This document shows positions 59,633 to 64,000 of a stretch of 64,000 bases of DNA, piece after piece. The notes beneath the pieces are model-generated. The model was not told the origin of the DNA and did not search any database. It saw only the letters and a program-made list of their open reading frames with translations. The stretch covers positions 32,001 through 96,000 of the forward strand of contig JANRKS010000028.1 of NCBI GenBank assembly GCA_033763315.1, given 5' to 3'. The position numbers were made by a program, and so were the translations under genes. Positions within the stretch are counted from its first letter, which is position 1. Each line of letters begins with the position of its first letter. This DNA comes from Deltaproteobacteria bacterium. Lineage in GTDB: Bacteria > Myxococcota_A > Polyangia > Fen-1088.

Positions 59633-60265
59633 ATGAAAGAGACGCGCATGTTGGCGATGGGCACAGGGATCTTAGGGGCGTTGGTCGCGGCCCTGTTGAG
59701 CTCTTGTCTCATCGATGATTCGGAACGCTGCGGCCCCAACCAAGTCTATGACTCGCATATGGGCTGCGCGTGTGAAGCGGGGTCCGTTAAGACCGACACC
59801 GGTTGCATCAAGTGCGGCGCCAATGAGGTTGCCAAGAGCACCGCTTGCGAATGTGCGGAAGGATTTGCCCGTAATCCAGCCACAAAGTTGTGCGAGGCCG
59901 GTAGCCCTTGTGGAACCGCGTGCGACGCAGCGAAACCGCGCTGTGTGGCCGCCAAAGGTGGCGCTTATTGCGCCGCCGCCGGATGCACCAAAGAGGCAGG
60001 TTGTGCAACGGGTGAAACCTGCGCCGTGTGGGATGCAAACCCTTACTGCATGCGTGCTCCCACGGGCGTCGGCAAAACGTGTGCGGCCGCGGCGGATTGC
60101 GCGGGCCAAGACGCCGACTTTTGCGAGGCGACCCAATCCAAGATGTGCCTGCCCAGTGGCTGCACGCCCAGCAAAAACGATTGCGCGACGGGGAACTCGT
60201 GTTGCGATCTGTCCGCCTTCGGCTTGACCACGCTGTGTGTCCCCACAGGGAGCTGCCCGATATGA
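59633..60265 (+). CDS. Cys-rich (EGF-like) lipoprotein
   Basis: Lipobox LSSC; 27 Cys in 210 aa by manual count, with CxC..G EGF-like turns; ATGA overlap with the porin gene. Confidence 0.8.
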   Translation: MKETRMLAMGTGILGALVAALLSSCLIDDSERCGPNQVYDSHMGCACEAGSVKTDTGCIKCGANEVAKSTACECAEGFARNPATKLCEAGSPCGTACDAAKPRCVAAKGGAYCAAAGCTKEAGCATGETCAVWDANPYCMRAPTGVGKTCAAAADCAGQDADFCEATQSKMCLPSGCTPSKNDCATGNSCCDLSAFGLTTLCVPTGSCPI

Positions 60266-61617
60266 AAACTTCAAAGTTGCTCGCCAACGTTCTTCTTTGC
60301 ACACTAAGCGCGCCAGCCTGGGCACAGGCACCCGATGCCCAACCGGTGCAGGCCGAAGCACCAGCAGCGCCAGCGACCGAACAAGCAGCACCGCCTGCCC
60401 CCGCTCCCGCCGACGCGCCAAGCGAAGCGGCTGCCCCATCGCCCGCGACCGAGGAAAGCATCGATCTTGCGGCCTTGGGCATCAGCGACGCCAGTGGAGG
60501 TTCAGCGCAAACAGCCGCCGATTCACCGCTGCAGTTTTATGGCTTCGCTGATTTTGGTGTGATGGCGCCGCTATACAAGAAGGACAGCTTGTGGAGTGGT
60601 GCCTATGCCCCCAGTTACAGCTCTGCAGCGATGGGGAACCTCAACCTGTACCTAGCCAAACAACTCGACACGAAGTGGCGCGCTTTGACCGAGGTCAGGT
60701 TCCACTATGCGCCCTTCCAGTCTTATGACGACCCCGCTGACAGTTATCGTCCAGCCATCCTAGGTGCGATGGAGATCGAGCGCGCGCACATCGATTATCA
60801 AGCGCATCAATGGCTCAATGTGCGAGCGGGACAATGGCTCACACCCTATGGCATCTGGAACGTGGATCACGGCACGCCAACTCTGATAGCGATTCGCAGA
60901 CCGTACTCCATCGGTGAGCAGCTGTTTCCCGAGCGCCAAACGGGCTTGTTGGCCTTTGGTGGAGATTACGTAGGCCCCGTTCGTCTCGGCTACCACTTCG
61001 GCGTGTCGAACGGCCGTGGCCCGCGTGATTCCGTTGTGGATTTGGACAAAAATAAGGCCGTCACGGCGCGCGTCGACCTTGCCTATGGTGGCAGCATCGG
61101 AGACGTGAAGTTGGGTTTCACGTTCTTCAGAGGCAAATACACAGCGGCGGGCGCGCCGAAGGTCGATTTTGCCACCGGCAAAAGCCAAGAAATGTTGACG
61201 ACCGTTTACGATGAGCAATCGGTGGGCGCCGATCTGCAGTACGACTTCAAAGGCTTCGTGCTGCGCTCTGAGTTCCTCTACAACGAGCGCAAGTTCCAAG
61301 ATCCTTATCGGCCGCGAAACGACTCGGGGCTGTTCGCACCTAATTCTTCACGCTGGGGGGCGTACGGGCTGGCGGGATATCGCATCCCTGTCATCAATCT
61401 GATGCCTTACTTTCTCGTGGAACGCTATAGCTTCGGCCAGGGGCAAAAATACATCCCGAACGCCGGGATCTATTACATTGGCCTTAATTGGCAGATCGTG
61501 CCGAGCGTCGTCGCCAAGGCCGAGTTCATCGTTGTGCAGTTTCCTGGCTCCGATCCGCTCATCGATCAGGCCGGCAAGATGCGCTTCTTGTCAACGCAAC
61601 TTGCGTGGGCGTTCTAA
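60262..61617 (+). CDS. Outer-membrane porin-like beta-barrel protein
   Basis: Signal peptide ending AWA, Pro/Ala linker, FYGFADF, IERAHIDY, VRAGQWLTPYGIWN, C-terminal LAWAF; start trimmed to ATG 60262. Confidence 0.82.
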   Translation: MKTSKLLANVLLCTLSAPAWAQAPDAQPVQAEAPAAPATEQAAPPAPAPADAPSEAAAPSPATEESIDLAALGISDASGGSAQTAADSPLQFYGFADFGVMAPLYKKDSLWSGAYAPSYSSAAMGNLNLYLAKQLDTKWRALTEVRFHYAPFQSYDDPADSYRPAILGAMEIERAHIDYQAHQWLNVRAGQWLTPYGIWNVDHGTPTLIAIRRPYSIGEQLFPERQTGLLAFGGDYVGPVRLGYHFGVSNGRGPRDSVVDLDKNKAVTARVDLAYGGSIGDVKLGFTFFRGKYTAAGAPKVDFATGKSQEMLTTVYDEQSVGADLQYDFKGFVLRSEFLYNERKFQDPYRPRNDSGLFAPNSSRWGAYGLAGYRIPVINLMPYFLVERYSFGQGQKYIPNAGIYYIGLNWQIVPSVVAKAEFIVVQFPGSDPLIDQAGKMRFLSTQLAWAF

Positions 61618-61629
61618 GGAACCAACACC

Positions 61630-62109
61630 ATGAGCACTTCAAGACGCGTGCTTTTGATTCGTTCGGGTTTGTGCCTCGCCACCGCGGCCGCTCCCACCCT
61701 CGTGCGGGCTGCAGCGCCGCTGGCTGTGATCGTAGGGACAGGCTGCAAACTCGACAGCGTGAGTAAGGCAGAACTCAAACGCTTGTTCCTTGGTGAAACA
61801 GACAACATATCTGGCAACGTCCTCGTACCTTTCAACATGGCGGCGTCGCTGCCCGAACGATCGATTTTCTTGAAGGCGGTGCTGGGTATGACGCCTGATC
61901 AAGAAAGCAAATACTGGATCGATAGACGCATCCGTGGCCAAGGCGGCTCGCCCAAGTCAGCGCCCAACATCGACGCCTTACTGAAGGTGGCGGCGAAGTT
62001 TCCCAAAGCGATCACTTATGTGCCTGCGACGCTCACCAAGCCCGATGTTAAGGTGTTGCGCGTCGAAGGTAAATTGCCGACCGACGCCGGCTACTCCCTG
62101 GTGGGATAG
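61630..62109 (+). CDS. Small periplasmic binding protein-like (PstS-like single-lobe) protein
   Basis: SRRVLL Tat-like leader; LAVIV, ELKRLFLG, ERSIF...VL, YW, AITYV motifs typical of small PBP-like proteins encoded next to porins. Confidence 0.72.
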   Translation: MSTSRRVLLIRSGLCLATAAAPTLVRAAAPLAVIVGTGCKLDSVSKAELKRLFLGETDNISGNVLVPFNMAASLPERSIFLKAVLGMTPDQESKYWIDRRIRGQGGSPKSAPNIDALLKVAAKFPKAITYVPATLTKPDVKVLRVEGKLPTDAGYSLVG

Positions 62110-62142
62110 GCCGCCTTCATCGCCTCGCATGTGCAGCGCGGG

Positions 62143-63810
62143 TCAAACCGATAACATCAGCAGCAGCTGCGCGATCAAGATCTTGCCGATCATGGCCACA
62201 GGGTAAACCACCGCATATGCGACGTACGTTTCCTCCGAACGGCCGGACATCTCGTAGGCGGCGGCCAACGTCGCGGGTTGCGTCTGCATGCCGCTGCACG
62301 TGCCGAGCGATCGGGTGATAGACGTCCGCGCGAACAAAGGCGCGACGGTCAACACCAGCCCTGAACAGACCAAGGTGATCACCGCGCCAAGCCCCACAAT
62401 TGAAAGCCCCACGGTGCCGGGCAGGTTGCCAAGCGCCGCCCCGGCTCCCACGCCCACGCCGGCCAAAAACAGCAGCAAACCAAGCTCACGCAGGGCCACG
62501 GTGGCTTCATAGGGCATCGACCATACGAAGGGGCCCGTGCGCCCGGCGCGGCCCAAGATGAGCGCCACGATCAACGGCCCGCCCGCAATCCCCAACGTCA
62601 CGTTGCCGGTGGGCAAAGGCAAGGGGACGCGCGCGAGCACCAGGCCCGCCAGGATGCCCAACGCCAGCGACACGAAATCCACCTCGGCCAGCGACTTTTC
62701 GGAATCGCCGAAAAACGCAGATACATCCTTGAGGCGGCTGCACGGCGCCACCACACGCAGCCGATCACCAATCTCAAGCCGCACTTCAGGCGAAGGCAAC
62801 ATATCGAGGTCGGCGCGGCGCAAGCGCGTGACCTGCGCATTGAAGCGGCGCTCAAGATCGAGATCGCGCAAGGCACAGCCCACGAGATCGCGGCGCGAGA
62901 CGAGAATGCGGCGCATGTCCACATCTTCACGGTTCATCTGCAGTTGTTCGTCGCTGCGCGCGCCAAAGTATGCTTCAGCGGCGGCCAAAGCGGAAGCGGA
63001 CCCCACGACTGTGACGATATCGCCTTCGTTTAGCACGGTGAACTTCGTCGGCACTTTCGTTTGCCCGTCATGATGCCAACGCGACACCACCACGCCCACG
63101 TCATGTCGCACGCGCAAATCGCCAATGGAACGGCCTGCGATTGCCGCCCGCGTGATGCGAAAGTTTGCCGACAGCAACTGCCTTTCCGCGCCCGACGATC
63201 GTTCGTCGATTTCCCGCTTGAGAGCCACGGCCTTCGCCCGCGCCGAAAGGCGCAACAACGCCAGCCCACCTAGAACGCCCAAAGGGTAAGTAAGGGAGTA
63301 AGCAATTGCCGGATGCGTGCCAAGCGACGTACCCTGCAAACGTTCGGTGGCTGCCGCCAGCGCGGGCGTGTTCGTGAGCGCGCCCGTGAACATCCCCGCA
63401 ACATAGCCAGCGTCGAGGCCAAGCCAGCGACCGCCCAAGTAAGCGATCGTGGCACCTGTTAACAACGCCGCCAACACCAGCGCGCTGGCGCGTTGGCCAC
63501 CTTGCCTCCAGGCTCGAAAGAAGCCCGGACCGCTTGATAGCCCCACAAGATAGACGAACAAAACCAAGCCGACGTCACGCAACGGCGTGGCGAGGCGCAG
63601 TGGCGATTGCGGTTCTGTGAGCCACGCGCCTAAACCCAGCCCAGCAAACAAAACACCGGCCACACCCAAGCGAAAGCCGCGCACCGAAACGCGGCCCAAC
63701 GCGAGCCCCACCAGAACCACAGCAAACAGCAGCAACAATTCACTGCTGAAAAAGGCGTTCGCCAGAACCTCCCGCAGATGGATTTGGTCACTCACGTTTG
63801 TGCGCAGCAT
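62143..63810 (-). CDS. AspT/YidE/YbjL family transporter with two TrkA-C domains
   Basis: LGVAGVLFAGL, GLSSGPGFF, GALTNTPALAAA, AYSLTYPLG, GGPLIVALILG, GMQTQPATL, YAVVYP. Confidence 0.92.
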   Translation of the reverse strand: MLRTNVSDQIHLREVLANAFFSSELLLLFAVVLVGLALGRVSVRGFRLGVAGVLFAGLGLGAWLTEPQSPLRLATPLRDVGLVLFVYLVGLSSGPGFFRAWRQGGQRASALVLAALLTGATIAYLGGRWLGLDAGYVAGMFTGALTNTPALAAATERLQGTSLGTHPAIAYSLTYPLGVLGGLALLRLSARAKAVALKREIDERSSGAERQLLSANFRITRAAIAGRSIGDLRVRHDVGVVVSRWHHDGQTKVPTKFTVLNEGDIVTVVGSASALAAAEAYFGARSDEQLQMNREDVDMRRILVSRRDLVGCALRDLDLERRFNAQVTRLRRADLDMLPSPEVRLEIGDRLRVVAPCSRLKDVSAFFGDSEKSLAEVDFVSLALGILAGLVLARVPLPLPTGNVTLGIAGGPLIVALILGRAGRTGPFVWSMPYEATVALRELGLLLFLAGVGVGAGAALGNLPGTVGLSIVGLGAVITLVCSGLVLTVAPLFARTSITRSLGTCSGMQTQPATLAAAYEMSGRSEETYVAYAVVYPVAMIGKILIAQLLLMLSV

Positions 63811-63840
63811 AGCCGCTGCACACGCTTGGCGCGACGTGAA

Positions 63841-64000
63841 TCAAGGGGAGACAGGCGCCGCTTGGCACACGTCTGATTTGCAAACGCCACTGCAGCATTC
63901 CTTGTTGGTGCCGCAAACAACGCCCACAGCGCTGCACGCCGGCTCGTCCGGAAAATTGAACGAAACATCTACGCGACCATTGCGGGTCATATTGAATTCC
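63841..64000 (-). CDS. C-terminus of a protein ending in a knottin-like Cys motif (partial; starts beyond window)
   Basis: Manual translation: EFNMTRNGRVDVSFNFPDEPACSAVGVVCGTNKECCSGVCKSDVCQAAPVSP*. Confidence 0.65.
   Translation of the reverse strand, partial: EFNMTRNGRVDVSFNFPDEPACSAVGVVCGTNKECCSGVCKSDVCQAAPVSP

Noticed and set aside
61630-62109. Phosphate ABC transporter (pstS)
   Set aside because: About half the size of PstS, and no pstCAB genes are nearby.
32813-62109. Mobile genomic island
   Set aside because: The content is accessory-like, but no integrase, transposase, tRNA anchor or flanking direct repeats were seen.

Overview
A gene-dense, GC-rich 64 kb bacterial window. Its repertoire (Cys-rich lipoproteins, DUF1592/DUF1552 pairs, ECF-caspase module, OmpA with TSP3 repeats) is most consistent with a Myxococcota-like organism; this is an inference. 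The left ~21 kb is mostly housekeeping and signalling: clpP (partial), tig, a NUDIX hydrolase, a hybrid histidine kinase, a REC-HD-GYP protein, apaG, DUF72, ku, tsaE, OmpA, a 5'-nucleotidase, a CPA2 antiporter, pgi and tal, plus an unusual 8-unit zinc-ribbon protein. The right ~42 kb is accessory and dominated by exported proteins. The strongest signal is a recurring intergenic palindrome, consensus (C)TAAwCGnTTAG and LacI-operator-like. It lies ~85-100 bp upstream of all three DUF1592 (haem-c lipoprotein) + DUF1552 (Tat protein) operons and of a sugar-oxidoreductase/glycoside-hydrolase operon, suggesting a carbohydrate-responsive regulon built around these function-unknown pairs. Other candidate systems are an ECF sigma/anti-sigma/outer-membrane caspase/lipoprotein module, and a divergent locus (Cys-rich lipoprotein, porin and small PBP versus membrane CheA-like kinase and cytochrome c peroxidase) with paired sigma28-like promoters. 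No rRNA, tRNA, CRISPR array or mobile element was recognised. All family calls are from motif recognition by eye, not database searches.
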